Part shown: piece by piece, positions 1 through 11,000 of the stretch | Position numbering within the stretch: position 1 is the first letter of the stretch | Layout of the letters: the number at the start of each line of letters is the position of its first letter | DNA from: an uncultured bacterium | Lineage (GTDB): Bacteria > Omnitrophota > Omnitrophia > Omnitrophales > Aquincolibacteriaceae | Assembly: GCA_964508905.1 (NCBI GenBank) | Contig: CAZDVO010000002.1 | Span: 46,330 to 110,329 of the forward strand | Length of the DNA: 64,000 nucleotides | Reading direction: 5' to 3' | Notes under the pieces: model-generated | What the model saw: the letters and a program-made list of their open reading frames with translations, nothing else | What the model was told of the DNA's origin: nothing | Database searches by the model: none | Translations under genes and position numbers: made by a program

Positions 1-3000
1 TTGGTAAACTCAGGCACCGGCGAAGTAATGACAGGCGTTGTCGGAATCACATCGTAGACGATGGTATCCGAGAACGTCGCGATATTCATCGCCTTGTCAC
101 GAATCCGATACTGCACCGTCTTCGTTCCGTAGCCGGACGTCAGGGTCAGTGACTTCGTCGTTGCGAATGACTCCCACGAGGACCAGTTCACGCCACCGTC
201 CACAGAAAAAGACATCGCATCCAAACCAGCAGTCGCATCCGAACCCGTCAAAGCAAGATTCACCGACAGCGAGCCGGTGAAAGCATCGCCGTTATTGATC
301 GACACCGATCCCGCCGGCGCCACAGTGTCACGAACGGGGCTCACGGAAACAGAGCCGCTCTCGACCGAGCTGGAGTTCCGGCTCTTAATCGAAAACGTAT
401 TCGTCCCCTCAGACAAACTCACGGTCACGGACCATGTCGTCGAACTATTCAGCGCTACTTTCTCGACCCCATTGATCAGAATCGAGGTGTTAGCCTCTTT
501 GGTTCCCGAAATCACCACGGTGGTCGCGTTCGTATAGACTGGCACCGTCGACGTCACCACGGGCGTTGTCGGGATCACATCGTAGGTGATCGTATCCGAA
601 TAAGTCGCAACGTTCGCGGCCTTATCCTTGAGCTGGTACTGCACCGTCTTCGTGCCATACCCCGCCGTCAGCGTCACCGTCTCGGTCGGGGCAAAAGCTT
701 CCCACGACGTCCACGTCGCCCCACCATCCACCGAAAAGCGCATCGTATCCACTCCCGAGGTCGCATCCGACCCCGTCAACGCGAGCGTCACCGTCGTCGA
801 ACCCGTCGTCGCATCCCCGTTATTGATCGACACCGATCCCGCCGGCGCCACGGTGTCGCGCTTGATAGAAAGAGGCAGTGTCGCGCTTGATTTTCCCAGT
901 GCGTTCAGGCTTGTCACATTCAAAGTATTATCGCCTTCCGCCCCAAGGGTTACCGTTGCCGTCCAGGTAGTTTCATTATCAAGAGACACCACAAGTTTTC
1001 CATTGATTAGGATGGACGTTCCGGCGTCTTTGGTCCCGGAAAGCACAAATGTCGTCTGATTCGTAAACTGTGGAACCGGCGAAGTCACCACGGGCGTTGA
1101 CGGAAAGACCGCTTCCCGAAGCCCGGCATTAATATCGAGCACGAGGCTCGGCTGAAGCGTGATCGAAACGGGCACTTGCTGGGCGGACACCCCCTCCGCC
1201 AATTTTCCCTGTCCCTTGATCGCGGCCATGGCCCAACCACCCTGATAGACCACATTATTGATCTCCGTGCTTCCCCACGCGGCACTGCTCAAGAGGGCTT
1301 TGGTTTGAAGGGCCGCGCCCGAGTTTCGAAGCCCTCCTTCGTCCTCGACTGAAAAAAGCACGAGAGTCCCGTTGGCGAGATTATTGAGATAATCAATGAG
1401 CCGCGTATGCCACACATCCCCCGCGTACGTATCAAAACTCCGGTAATCCGAAATCCGGATACCCGTTGAAGTATCGAACACGAACACATTGATCCCGCGA
1501 GCTCCCGCCCCCCCGCCGCCGCGATTGAACATGACCTTGCCGTCGATCTCAACGGAGCTATCCCCTTGAGAAGTGACCGTAATAACGGGATGGGCATTCA
1601 TCTGCACACCGTTGACCGGGTCCTTAAACCGGGACTGGAGCGCCGTGTAGGCCAGGCTCGGGTTCCGATCGATATCCACAAGCCCAACGCCCGCTCCGCC
1701 CGTATTGTTATTCCAGGCATACGCAAAAGCGCCAACAAGCGTTCCGTTCGTGCGTTCCGCGGAAAGTTCAAAATAGACCTCGTCCCACATCTCACCATTC
1801 ACCTGACTTTTGTTGGCTTCATCCACATAAGCCAACTCCGTGGTCCCCACACCAAATTGCGCGATATACGCGGGCTTGTCCGTGATCGACTGCCATTGAT
1901 CCAATGCATCCTGAAATGTATTGCCCCGACTGGGCGTGATCCCCCACACATCGATGCTCGAAACCAGGGTATTCACCATATCCTCGGTCGAAACCGAAGT
2001 GCAATACCAATTGTTAGTACAGTAAGGTTTCATAAGATAGGGAAACGCCTCAGCGCTCAAAACATGGGATCCAAGCGTGTGAGGATCACCAATCTCGGTG
2101 GTCACAGGATGGAAACTATCCAGCGACTTGATCAATTGAGCCGCTTGCTCCGTAAAAGCAGCCGCGTCTTCGATCGTTGAAAACTTATTTCCATAACGGT
2201 TAAGATCCCAGAGGCTCCCCACAGACCACATCAAAACAGCCGGATGATGCTTATAGGCATTCACCACGGCTGAAACATTGGAAAGATCCGCCTGGGTTCC
2301 ACCCACGGGGAAATCCACGCGCACGACCACCTTGATCCCCTGGCGCCACAGTTCATCCAGGATCTTGATCGCGTCCGCCCCCGTCCCAAAATCCTGGTTC
2401 ACACGGATCGTATTGATCCCCATCTGAGCCATGAGCGCGAAATCCGTCTTGTACCACTTCACATATTCGGCGAGCTGATCCAGCGGAGATTGCGAGGCCG
2501 GGGCCCAGTTGACACCTTGGGAAATGTAGGCCCCTTCCGTCCCCAGCGATCCATCTTCCAGCCGCTCCTGGACAAAGAGACGACGATCCCCATCCAGCAC
2601 GCGGACGATGGACGCCTCGGCCGGCACGGGATTATTGAGCACGATCGTATCGATATAGGTTGCAATATTCCCTGCTTTGTCAGAAACCTGATAACGGACT
2701 TCCTGCTCACCATCGGCTCCCGGCAAGGTGATCGAACGGGTGGCCGAAAAAACCTCCCAATCGGTCCAGGTTTCCCCAAGATCAACAGAAAACCGGACTT
2801 TATCGACACCCGAAAGAGCATCAGAGGCGGTAAGATTCAAGGTCACAACACGGGCGTCCGCCATAGCGGCCCCGTTGTTGATCTTGATCGAGCCCGTCGG
2901 CAGAACGGTATCCCGGATGGTCTGAACGGTCGCGGCCGGACTCTCTTTTCCCGTCGCCATCTTGGCCGTGATCGAAAAGGTTTTCGATCCATCACTCGGC

Positions 3001-6000
3001 AAGGAGACAACGGCCGTCCATGTGGTGGCATAAAAATCCGCCACGTATTGGGTTCCGTTGATGTAAAGATTGGTTTCGGCATCCTTGGTCCCAGAAAGCA
3101 CAAGCTGCGTCGAGTTGATGAAAGCAGGCACAGGCGAAATGATCACGGGCGCTGCCGGCGTAAATTCATAAACGATCGTGTCGCTGAAGGTCGCGATATT
3201 TCCGGCCTTATCGCGAACCTGATATTGAACTTCTTTCGTGGCATACCCCGCCGTCAGCGTGATCGCGCGGGTCGCCGCAAAAGCCTCCCAATCCGTCCAG
3301 GTCGATCCACCGTCCACCGTAAAACGGACCCCATCCACCCCACTCAACGCGTCCGCCGCCGTCAGATTCAGCGTTACGTCCCTCGTACCGGTTGAAGCCG
3401 CGCCATTGTTGATCTTTACTGAGCCTGTCGGCACCGCCCGATCACGGATGGTGGCCACAATGGCCGCCGCGCTCGTTTTCCCTGCGCTCGTTTTCACGGT
3501 CACCGAGAATGTTTTTGATCCATCGGCTGACAGAGAAACGGTCGCCGTCCATGAAGTCGCGTTAAAATCCGCCGTGGTTTTAGTCCCATTGATATAGAGA
3601 TAGGTCTGAGCTTCCTTGGTTCCCGAGAGAACCAGCTGGGTCGCATTCGTATAAGCCGGAACGGTCGATGTCACGACCGGCGTCGCGGGAAGAAATTCAT
3701 AAACGATCGTATCTTTCAATGTGACGAAATTGCCCACCCGGTCGCGGATCTGAAACTGAACCTCTTTCGTCCCATACCCGGCCGCCAACGTGATCGCGCG
3801 GGTTGGGGCAAAAGCTTCCCAATTCGTCCACGTCTTCCCCCCATCCACCGAAAAACGCATGGCATCCACACCCGAGGTCGTATCGGCGGCCGTCAAATTC
3901 AGCGTCACAGCCGCCGTCCCGGTGGATGAGGCTCCGTTATTGATCTTGATCGAACCGGTCGGAGCCGTGGTGTCACGACGAAGAACAAGGTTCTGGGTCG
4001 CGCAGGCAACGCCAAGAATGCTCTTGGCCAGCAACGTAACCGTATTATTCCCTTCCGAAGAGAGTGTCACTGTCGCCGTCCAGGTCAACGAGGTATCCGC
4101 CGGAGCCACAAGCTGGCCATTCACGTAAACCGAACTATACGCGGCTTTGGTCCCAGAAATCGTCACGGTCTTCTGGCCAAACACCGTCGGCGTCGAAGGA
4201 TCCAGCACCGGGGCAGCCGGCGCCGTGGCCCCGGTAAGCGCCCGGGTAGCCCCTGAACGATAAACTTCGAAAGCGCTGCTCTGGAGGCGGGTCAGCGCCG
4301 GGACATCATCCAGGGTGATCGCGACCGAAGGAAGACTGATCCAAATGTCCGGGGCCCCACTCCACGTAAAATAAACACGCGTCCGCAAAGGTACGGACAT
4401 GATTTGCTCCTGAGCCAGGACCTTCGCTACGGCCGAACGCTGCGCCAATTCGTTGTACCGAGCATCCATCACCGCCATCATCCAACTTTGAGAGGCCCAG
4501 GTCGTCGAGGGGTTAGAATCCTTAAAATGAGGCACCGCCAGGAGGGCCGCGAAGGCCAGAACGCTCTGGGGGTCCATTCCCTCCAGGATCGTAACGTTGT
4601 TCTTGAAGTCCGTGCTCGTAAATCCCGTCACCGGCGGCGCTTTTTTCGCGTACGTAGTCAACTGGGAATCCGAGATCGTGGGTGCGATCACCTGCGTCGT
4701 CGCAAAAAGCATCTTGGCCAGGGCCTGATCACGCGCGCTCAGCCCCGCCAGCAACGCGGTCCTTTGCGATGAAGTATAAGTAGAAATTTTCCATTGAAAA
4801 TTTTCGCGCGCCTGGAACACGGCATCGTCATAGCGCGTGGACAAGGCGGGATTCGCCAGTAAAGCCGCAAGCTCCGCGGAAAATTCGGCGCAGAGCGCGG
4901 ACATGTCATTACTCACGATCGTGTCTTTATAAGTGCCCGTATTCCCAAGGCGGTCGCGGACCTGACAGACGACCTCATTGGTTCCGATCTTCAAAGGAAG
5001 GGTCAACGGTTTTGTCGCGGCGAAAGCTTCCCACTCCGTCCATGTATTTCCCCCATCCATCGAAAAGCGCATGGAATCAACACCCGCCCCCGCGTCGGTG
5101 ACGGCCACATTCAGGATCACGTTCGCCGAACTCGTCGATGAAGCACCATTATTGATCTTAACCGATCCGGTGGGCGCTTTGGTGTCGCGGATGACCCGGA
5201 TCGTTTGGGTAGCCGTTGAAACCCCCAGAGCGCTTTTGGCGAGAAGCGCAATGGAGTTAGAGCCTTCGGAACTCAGGGAAACATTCGCCGTCCAGGTCGT
5301 CGAGGCATCCGCGGCGGCAACCAGTTTTCCCTTCACATAAACCGCGCTGTAGGCTTCTTTAGTTCCGCTCAAGGTGATCGTTGATTGGTTGGTCACAAGC
5401 AAAACGGAAGGGTCTAGTTGCGGAAGCGCGGGGGCAGCCGCATCCGTCCCATTCAGGCGAAGATAGAAAGTCCCGCTGGCATAACTGGCTGTGGTATTTC
5501 CCGGCTCTACATAAAAATCAATCGCACGGATCCTGGAAAGATCCACGCTCGACTGGATCTGACTGAGATTCATCACCCAATAACGCTGCGTGGAACTCGC
5601 CACTTGAGTTAACTGAAAACCGGCGGTATTGCCCTCGACATCTTCAAAGCGGACGTTCACCGTATGGGCACCCCCGGTAAGTCCGACCGTTAGGTTGCCA
5701 AGCCCCGAGAGGTTGCCGGTCTCCTGACCCGCCGTGGAGTAATCATTAAAATCCATGGTGATCCCCGACTTCGTCCCCGCCGTTTTGACATTGTATTTGA
5801 CCGCGAACTTTCCGGACGAAAAGCTGATCGCCGTGGTACTGCTGGAACCATCCATCACATGCGGAAGAGGTGTCCCCGGCAAGGTTGAAACATTCGATGT
5901 CGTAAGGCCAGACGTGTAAGAGATCGCGACAAGAGGCGCCGCCACAGCCGCCGCAACGTAAGCTTTTTCGGGAAGCCTGGGATCCGTTGCCGCCGGGGAA

Positions 6001-6080
6001 TAAGCGACCTCCGCGCGAACGACCGGAACCGGCATCAAACAAAGCGATAAAGCTACGACCACGGAAACGGCTGATTTCAT
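1..6080 (-). CDS. Secreted giant surface protein, 3' end beyond window (>2026 aa): signal peptide, clan GH-A TIM-barrel glycosidase-like domain, beta-sandwich, then tandem Ig/Fn3-like repeats
   Basis: Start and signal peptide: ATG is the reverse complement of cat at 6078-6080, preceded by RBS GGAGG (rc of cctcc 6088-6092), translating MKSAVSVVVALSLCLMPVPVVRAEVAYSPAATDPRLPEK. Reading frame: I translated the minus strand by hand through 5400 and spot-checked at 2160-2460 and 1-120, all in frame with 6080 and with no stop codons. Absence from the ORF track: consistent with a missing stop codon beyond position 1. Domain evidence: the region around 2160-2460 gives KWYKTDFALMAQMGINTIRV ... GIKVVVRVDFPVGG ... 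NAYKHHPAVLMWSVGSLWDLNRYG, the clan GH-A beta-3/beta-4 pattern (compare LacZ RDRNHPSVIIWSLGNE). Repeat evidence: the plus-strand mini-ORFs containing PLLIDTDPAGATVSR-like strings (38-1059, 2728-5340) are antisense shadows of ~95-aa repeats, e.g. DTIVYDVIPTTPVITSPVP. Confidence 0.75.
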   Translation of the reverse strand, partial: MKSAVSVVVALSLCLMPVPVVRAEVAYSPAATDPRLPEKAYVAAAVAAPLVAISYTSGLTTSNVSTLPGTPLPHVMDGSSSTTAISFSSGKFAVKYNVKTAGTKSGITMDFNDYSTAGQETGNLSGLGNLTVGLTGGAHTVNVRFEDVEGNTAGFQLTQVASSTQRYWVMNLSQIQSSVDLSRIRAIDFYVEPGNTTASYASGTFYLRLNGTDAAAPALPQLDPSVLLVTNQSTITLSGTKEAYSAVYVKGKLVAAADASTTWTANVSLSSEGSNSIALLAKSALGVSTATQTIRVIRDTKAPTGSVKINNGASSTSSANVILNVAVTDAGAGVDSMRFSMDGGNTWTEWEAFAATKPLTLPLKIGTNEVVCQVRDRLGNTGTYKDTIVSNDMSALCAEFSAELAALLANPALSTRYDDAVFQARENFQWKISTYTSSQRTALLAGLSARDQALAKMLFATTQVIAPTISDSQLTTYAKKAPPVTGFTSTDFKNNVTILEGMDPQSVLAFAALLAVPHFKDSNPSTTWASQSWMMAVMDARYNELAQRSAVAKVLAQEQIMSVPLRTRVYFTWSGAPDIWISLPSVAITLDDVPALTRLQSSAFEVYRSGATRALTGATAPAAPVLDPSTPTVFGQKTVTISGTKAAYSSVYVNGQLVAPADTSLTWTATVTLSSEGNNTVTLLAKSILGVACATQNLVLRRDTTAPTGSIKINNGASSTGTAAVTLNLTAADTTSGVDAMRFSVDGGKTWTNWEAFAPTRAITLAAGYGTKEVQFQIRDRVGNFVTLKDTIVYEFLPATPVVTSTVPAYTNATQLVLSGTKEAQTYLYINGTKTTADFNATSWTATVSLSADGSKTFSVTVKTSAGKTSAAAIVATIRDRAVPTGSVKINNGAASTGTRDVTLNLTAADALSGVDGVRFTVDGGSTWTDWEAFAATRAITLTAGYATKEVQYQVRDKAGNIATFSDTIVYEFTPAAPVIISPVPAFINSTQLVLSGTKDAETNLYINGTQYVADFYATTWTAVVSLPSDGSKTFSITAKMATGKESPAATVQTIRDTVLPTGSIKINNGAAMADARVVTLNLTASDALSGVDKVRFSVDLGETWTDWEVFSATRSITLPGADGEQEVRYQVSDKAGNIATYIDTIVLNNPVPAEASIVRVLDGDRRLFVQERLEDGSLGTEGAYISQGVNWAPASQSPLDQLAEYVKWYKTDFALMAQMGINTIRVNQDFGTGADAIKILDELWRQGIKVVVRVDFPVGGTQADLSNVSAVVNAYKHHPAVLMWSVGSLWDLNRYGNKFSTIEDAAAFTEQAAQLIKSLDSFHPVTTEIGDPHTLGSHVLSAEAFPYLMKPYCTNNWYCTSVSTEDMVNTLVSSIDVWGITPSRGNTFQDALDQWQSITDKPAYIAQFGVGTTELAYVDEANKSQVNGEMWDEVYFELSAERTNGTLVGAFAYAWNNNTGGAGVGLVDIDRNPSLAYTALQSRFKDPVNGVQMNAHPVITVTSQGDSSVEIDGKVMFNRGGGGAGARGINVFVFDTSTGIRISDYRSFDTYAGDVWHTRLIDYLNNLANGTLVLFSVEDEGGLRNSGAALQTKALLSSAAWGSTEINNVVYQGGWAMAAIKGQGKLAEGVSAQQVPVSITLQPSLVLDINAGLREAVFPSTPVVTSPVPQFTNQTTFVLSGTKDAGTSILINGKLVVSLDNETTWTATVTLGAEGDNTLNVTSLNALGKSSATLPLSIKRDTVAPAGSVSINNGDATTGSTTVTLALTGSDATSGVDTMRFSVDGGATWTSWEAFAPTETVTLTAGYGTKTVQYQLKDKAANVATYSDTITYDVIPTTPVVTSTVPVYTNATTVVISGTKEANTSILINGVEKVALNSSTTWSVTVSLSEGTNTFSIKSRNSSSVESGSVSVSPVRDTVAPAGSVSINNGDAFTGSLSVNLALTGSDATAGLDAMSFSVDGGVNWSSWESFATTKSLTLTSGYGTKTVQYRIRDKAMNIATFSDTIVYDVIPTTPVITSPVPEFT
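1500..2600 (-). other. Clan GH-A (GH2/GH5/GH42-like) TIM-barrel domain inside the secreted protein; acid/base Glu apparently replaced (VGNE -> VGSL)
   Basis: Hand translation gives MAQMGINTIRV (beta-1 region), AAFTEQAAQLIKSLDSFHPVTTEIGDP, and HHPAVLMWSVGSLWDLN where GH-A enzymes carry NE(P). Family assignment is from motif memory only. Confidence 0.45.
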
Positions 6081-6202
6081 GTAAACCTCCCGATTAATTT
6101 TTTGTATTAAAAAAGTTTTAATGTCGAAAAGATAACAGCTTGTTGTGTTTTCGGCAAGGGGTAAGCGGACATTTTTAAAGCTGGGGAATACAGAACGTAA
6201 CC
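6081..6202 (-). promoter_or_regulatory. Intergenic leader/promoter region of the secreted-protein gene (downstream of nadE stop)
   Basis: AT-rich 120-bp spacer between the nadE stop (6203) and the ATG at 6080, with an RBS adjacent to the start. No specific promoter hexamers claimed. Confidence 0.3.
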
Positions 6203-7888
6203 CTATATATTATAACGATTTGTGATTGGCATGCGGCGGCCGAACCAGGCCTTTTCAGTGACACGAAGAATGGGCGGCGTCTGGCGGCGCTTGTATTCAT
6301 TATGGTCGACTTTCCGCATAACATCCTCCACTAATGGGGTCAGACACAATTTCCCTAAAATTGTGTCTGACCCCTTTTTGAGACGGCGGAAGATCTCATC
6401 ACACCCCAGATTCTTTTCGATATACAAACGAAGGATCGCATCCAGGATCTCGTACGGCGGGAGCGAATCCTGATCTTTCTGATTCGGACGAAGTTCCGCC
6501 GAAGGCGCTTTGATCAACGTGGCTTCCGGGATCACCACGCCGAGCGAATTCCGATAACGCGCGAGGCGGTAAACATCCGTCTTGTAAACATCGCCGATCA
6601 CGGCAAGGCCACCCGCCATATCCCCATAGAGCGTGCAATACCCCATCGCAAGCTCGGATTTATTCCCGGTCGTCAGCACCAGCCGGCCCTCGTCATTAGA
6701 GAGATACATCAGTTCGAGACCGCGCAATCTCGCCTGAAGATTTTCCATCGCCAAACTCGGCCCACGATCCACGGGCCATGCCCCGCGCAGCTCGCTGTTC
6801 AAGAATGTTCCGTACATCTTCGTGATAGGATGCACTTCAAATTCGATTCCAAGATGCTTCGCCAAAAGCTCCGCATCCTTCCAACTCCCCTCCGAAGAAT
6901 ACGGCCCGGGCATCGTAACGCCCTTCACCGCATCCTTCCCCAATGCATCGCCGGCAATCGTGGCCACCAAGGCGGAATCAATGCCCCCGCTCAATCCGAT
7001 CAGGGCTTTCTTGAACCCGTTCTTCCCGAAATAATCCCGGACGCCGAGGACAAGCGCACGATAAATTTCTTCAACCGTTTTCAACCGCGCAGGTTGAAAG
7101 GGTTTTCCACCGACAAGAAAGAGGCCTTCTTCGAACGCGGGAGCCTGGAAGGTCACACGGCCTTTCTCGTTCATCAGAAGACTTCGCCCGTCGAAGATCA
7201 GATCATCCTGCCCGCCCACTTGATTCACATACAGGATCGGAAAACCGTAGCGGCGGGTATGCCCGGCGAGAAGTTTTTCCCGAGCGGCCGCCACCCCGGC
7301 ATAATAAGGCGATGCGGAAAGATTGAGGACCAGGTCCGCTTTTTTCCGGGCGATCGCCGCGAGAGGCTTCACTTCGTATCGGTCATCCCAAATATCTTCG
7401 CAGATGGTCAGACCGATCTTGATCCCTCTGAAAGGAACGACCAGCGTCTCGGCGCCGGGCTCAAAAAAGATCTCTTCCAGGAAAACGTCGTAGGTGGGAA
7501 GCAACTGCTTGTGATAGACCGCGCGCACCTTACCGTTTTCAATCCACGCCGCGGCGTTATAGGAGCATGATGCCGGGTCCAGCTTTCGAGAAGAGGGCCC
7601 TGTCCCCTTGTCAATAAAACCCAGAACCGCGGCGATCTTTTTGCCACGCGTCGCCGCCGCGATACGTTTGAGCTGACGCAGGCCGTCGGCCACGAACTGT
7701 TTTTTATTCGCGAGATCCCACACAGGATAACCGCAAAGCGCCGCTTCGGGGAAAACGATCAGGTCCGCGCCCTGGGCTTCCGCGTCGGCGATCCAGCGGA
7801 GGATCTTCGTGGCGTTCGCCGCATAGTCCCCGACCGTCGGGTTCATCTGCGCGAGGGCGATCTTCAGAGGTGTCTTCAGGGGCTTCAT
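6203..7888 (-). CDS. nadE: Glutamine-dependent NAD(+) synthetase (C-N hydrolase domain plus NAD synthetase domain)
   Basis: 561 aa. N-terminal nitrilase-type motif LIVFPEAALCGYP. C-terminal PP-loop SGGIDSALVATIAGDALG. Length and architecture match bacterial NadE. Stop is TAG at 6203-6205. Confidence 0.9.
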   Translation of the reverse strand: MKPLKTPLKIALAQMNPTVGDYAANATKILRWIADAEAQGADLIVFPEAALCGYPVWDLANKKQFVADGLRQLKRIAAATRGKKIAAVLGFIDKGTGPSSRKLDPASCSYNAAAWIENGKVRAVYHKQLLPTYDVFLEEIFFEPGAETLVVPFRGIKIGLTICEDIWDDRYEVKPLAAIARKKADLVLNLSASPYYAGVAAAREKLLAGHTRRYGFPILYVNQVGGQDDLIFDGRSLLMNEKGRVTFQAPAFEEGLFLVGGKPFQPARLKTVEEIYRALVLGVRDYFGKNGFKKALIGLSGGIDSALVATIAGDALGKDAVKGVTMPGPYSSEGSWKDAELLAKHLGIEFEVHPITKMYGTFLNSELRGAWPVDRGPSLAMENLQARLRGLELMYLSNDEGRLVLTTGNKSELAMGYCTLYGDMAGGLAVIGDVYKTDVYRLARYRNSLGVVIPEATLIKAPSAELRPNQKDQDSLPPYEILDAILRLYIEKNLGCDEIFRRLKKGSDTILGKLCLTPLVEDVMRKVDHNEYKRRQTPPILRVTEKAWFGRRMPITNRYNI

Positions 7889-8023
7889 ATGAGGCGAAAG
7901 TATATCAAATACACGGGAAACGGGGAACGGGAAAGACCTCGCATCGCACGTTTTTGCGTTAAATCACGAGCGATCGCATCAATCCCCATGAAGCCTACGG
8001 CCTCATGAAAATCGCCAGATCCG

Positions 8024-11000
8024 CTATGCGGAAGCGGCGACACGAGACTGGGTGGCCACAAAATTCGCGAGCTCGGCCATGAGAGACTCCAACCCGCCCA
8101 GCTTTTCCACGGACACGAAGTGATACCCCATCGACCAGATCGCGTCGTTGAGCAATTTATCAGCCGCCAACAGCGTGGACGCTGTTTGCTTGAGCGGATT
8201 CCGGGCCCCCACCACGCTCAAGAGATGCCGACGAGAACCGATCTTCCGAGTCACGACAGAGTCTTCACGATCCGTGATAAGAGCCACGGATTGCCCCAGC
8301 GGCGCCGCACTGTTATAGAAACTCGCAAAGGCTCCGACAAACTCGTTCTCATTGGCAAATGCACGAACTGCGAAATTCTGCGGCAAAGCACCCATCTGGC
8401 TAAGAGCCGCAAGTTCTTTCTCGAACGTAGCGACCTCAGAAGCTTCCGCGATCAATGCGAGCACCACCGCGGCCTTCGGGTTATATCGCGCAAAGGTTAC
8501 CAAAGGCAGCACGCTCGCCGCATCCGGAATCCCCTGCCGCTGGTCAACCACCATCCGTTCCGTTGAAGCTGTCGCGGATGAGCTCATGATCTTGTTAAAC
8601 ACCGGCCACTTCTGCGCAAAAGCGGAAGGAACCGTCGAAACCTGCTGAAAGTGACGGGTACCTGCAAAAAGCTCCGGGGCAATCTCGGAAGCATATGCCG
8701 GAGTGCTCGACAGGAGCGGCGAAACCGTATTCGCCGCCACCCGGATCGCCGTCCCGATCTTTGCCCCTAAGCTGCTCGCATCCACCGCAAGGGCCAACGG
8801 AGTATCAGTCATCTCATAAGTTCGCGCTTCGGAGCGAGATAGAACCTCATGGGCCCGCGCATCAGATTTCAAGGGAGTAACAACCGCTTCAGGCGCTATA
8901 GACTGAACAACACCCGTTGACGTGACGGCTTTCAGTCTGGCAATGGCCACGACAAGCGCTTCATGGGCAGGATTGGGGCGACGTTCCACGCCTGTATTTG
9001 CAGACCCCACAGAATAAAGCCTTCCCGTATCTCCAGGCCCACCCGTTTCAAATTGCTCTTCGGAAACACCGTAGACAAGCTCGGCAGGCATGGTCTTCAG
9101 GATTTCTCCCAAGGAAGCGACCATCGTGGGGTTATTGACCGATTGAAACATATCAACTAAGGCGAGAATAGCACCTTGTGCAGGATCTATAACTTCATAA
9201 GGTCTTGTATCCCCCGTGCGATACTTCAGCTCTTCAACGAGAACGGGAATGCCGCTAAGATCCTGTAGCTTAAAACGCGCCTGCGCAGCAGCAATGCGCA
9301 CATCCAGATATTTATGTTTCAATTCCTTGCCGAGTTCTCGCAAAGCGGCGAGGTCATTCAGCCGAGTAATAGCCGCCCAACGAATATGAGGATTTTCGTC
9401 GCCCAAGATATCGATCAATATTGGAATAGCCCGCGGATCGTTGAGCACCCCAAGCGTATTGATAGCCTCCACCCGGCGGTTATTCTTGCGTTCCTCAAAA
9501 ATCCCCCAAAGCCAAATACGGAAACTCAGAATCCCCCCAAGAACCGTTCCCAGGACAAACCCCGCGACCACGGATGTCATCGATCCCATTAAATATCCCA
9601 CCAGGCCACCCATAACGATACTCCCGAGAAATGAGATCATTGAACCGTGGTCACACCACTTGGGCTGAAGATCCGATATGGCTTTCTGGAATTGTTTTTC
9701 TTGCTCGGGCGTCAGGCGGGCTTGCCCTGAGTTTGCCGAACGGGATTCTGAGCGGGACTTTACCTGGGGTTCAAGAATGCTTAACGCTTTCAGAACAGCA
9801 TCCCGAACCAAGAGATCAGGATCCCCGGCAACCGCTTTTAACGCAGGGATCGCCTGAGATTCTTTGATCCCACCAAGAATCTTAGCCGCAGCCATTCGAC
9901 GATCGGCGACCTTCCCCGGAAGCAAAACCCCACCCTTTCGAGGTTGGAGATCCATGATCAAATGCTGAATCAACGCTTGTCTCAAAACACGCACCTCTTC
10001 CAGGGCTCTAGATCCGAGGATTGGTTCAACATCTTTATCCAACCTGCCGGACTGCCAAAGGATCTCTTGCAAGCCCCGCGCGGGATCTACGGGAATTGGC
10101 GCCGCATAATCATAAACGGTCGTTGCGATACCAGCCTGAGACAACGCCCCCCGAAACGCCAACGAGCCGCGAATCTGGAGCAATGGCGCATGCATAAAAA
10201 TGGCCGAACGACCTTGATATCCCGAAGCCAGTTCTCTTTTAAGAATATCGACAGAAAAAACGCCGTTGTCCGTCATTCCTTGGGACGCCTTCTCCACCCA
10301 TATCGCTTCAGCGGGTACTCCGGCTCGAACCAGAGCATCTTTCATCACTAAAGCCTCCGCACGAACGGATTCCCCCGTCTGTCCATTCGTCCCACGATCG
10401 GGATCTTCAGGAAGCGGTTTGATATGTTTGCCAAAGCGCCCGGATACGATAACCCTGGACATTTTGTGAGCAAAAAAGATCTTAGCCGCCTCCTGAGCCA
10501 CGGCTTCACTGTCGGGACTTCCGAAAATCACCAAAAGATCAGCTTCTCGAGGCAGTGCATCCCGCTTAGCCATCAAAGCGACGATCTGCTGCGCTTCTTT
10601 TTCTCGAATGGATTGAAGAATCGCGCCGGCGGATTCTTCAGCAGAACGGTTCGTGTTATCGATCTCAACGGCATCCGCGGCTTTCCTGAAAGGAGCCACG
10701 GGGCGGATACTATCGATACGGTCACGTTCCAAAAGATCCCGCTTCACCTGCTCGAGCGTGATCTGTTTTCCGCCCCCCTCAAAATCACGCATTCTCCGCT
10801 TCGCACGAACATCGGGATCCGCCGTCAGAAAAAACTTATACGGTGTATCAGGAAAAACATCCGCCCCCACATTCCGGCCTTCAATCACCATATTGTCGGC
10901 TTCCCCAAGCTCACGTCCGGTTTGAAAAACCCAACGGAGCACGGCAGAATGGCGTGAAACAAGTGCAACGGCATTACCCACCTCGGGACTCCGGATACTT

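Noticed and set aside
38-5340. Series of short plus-strand ORFs with repeated PLLIDTDPAGATVSR-like peptides
   Set aside because: They are the antisense image of the tandem Ig-like repeats of the minus-strand secreted protein (<1..6080), whose frame stays open from the ATG at 6080 to the window edge.
5746-6042. 98-aa minus-strand ORF listed in the track
   Set aside because: Out-of-frame overlap with the N-terminal coding region (signal peptide frame) of the large secreted protein. The frame starting at 6080 has an RBS and a credible signal peptide.
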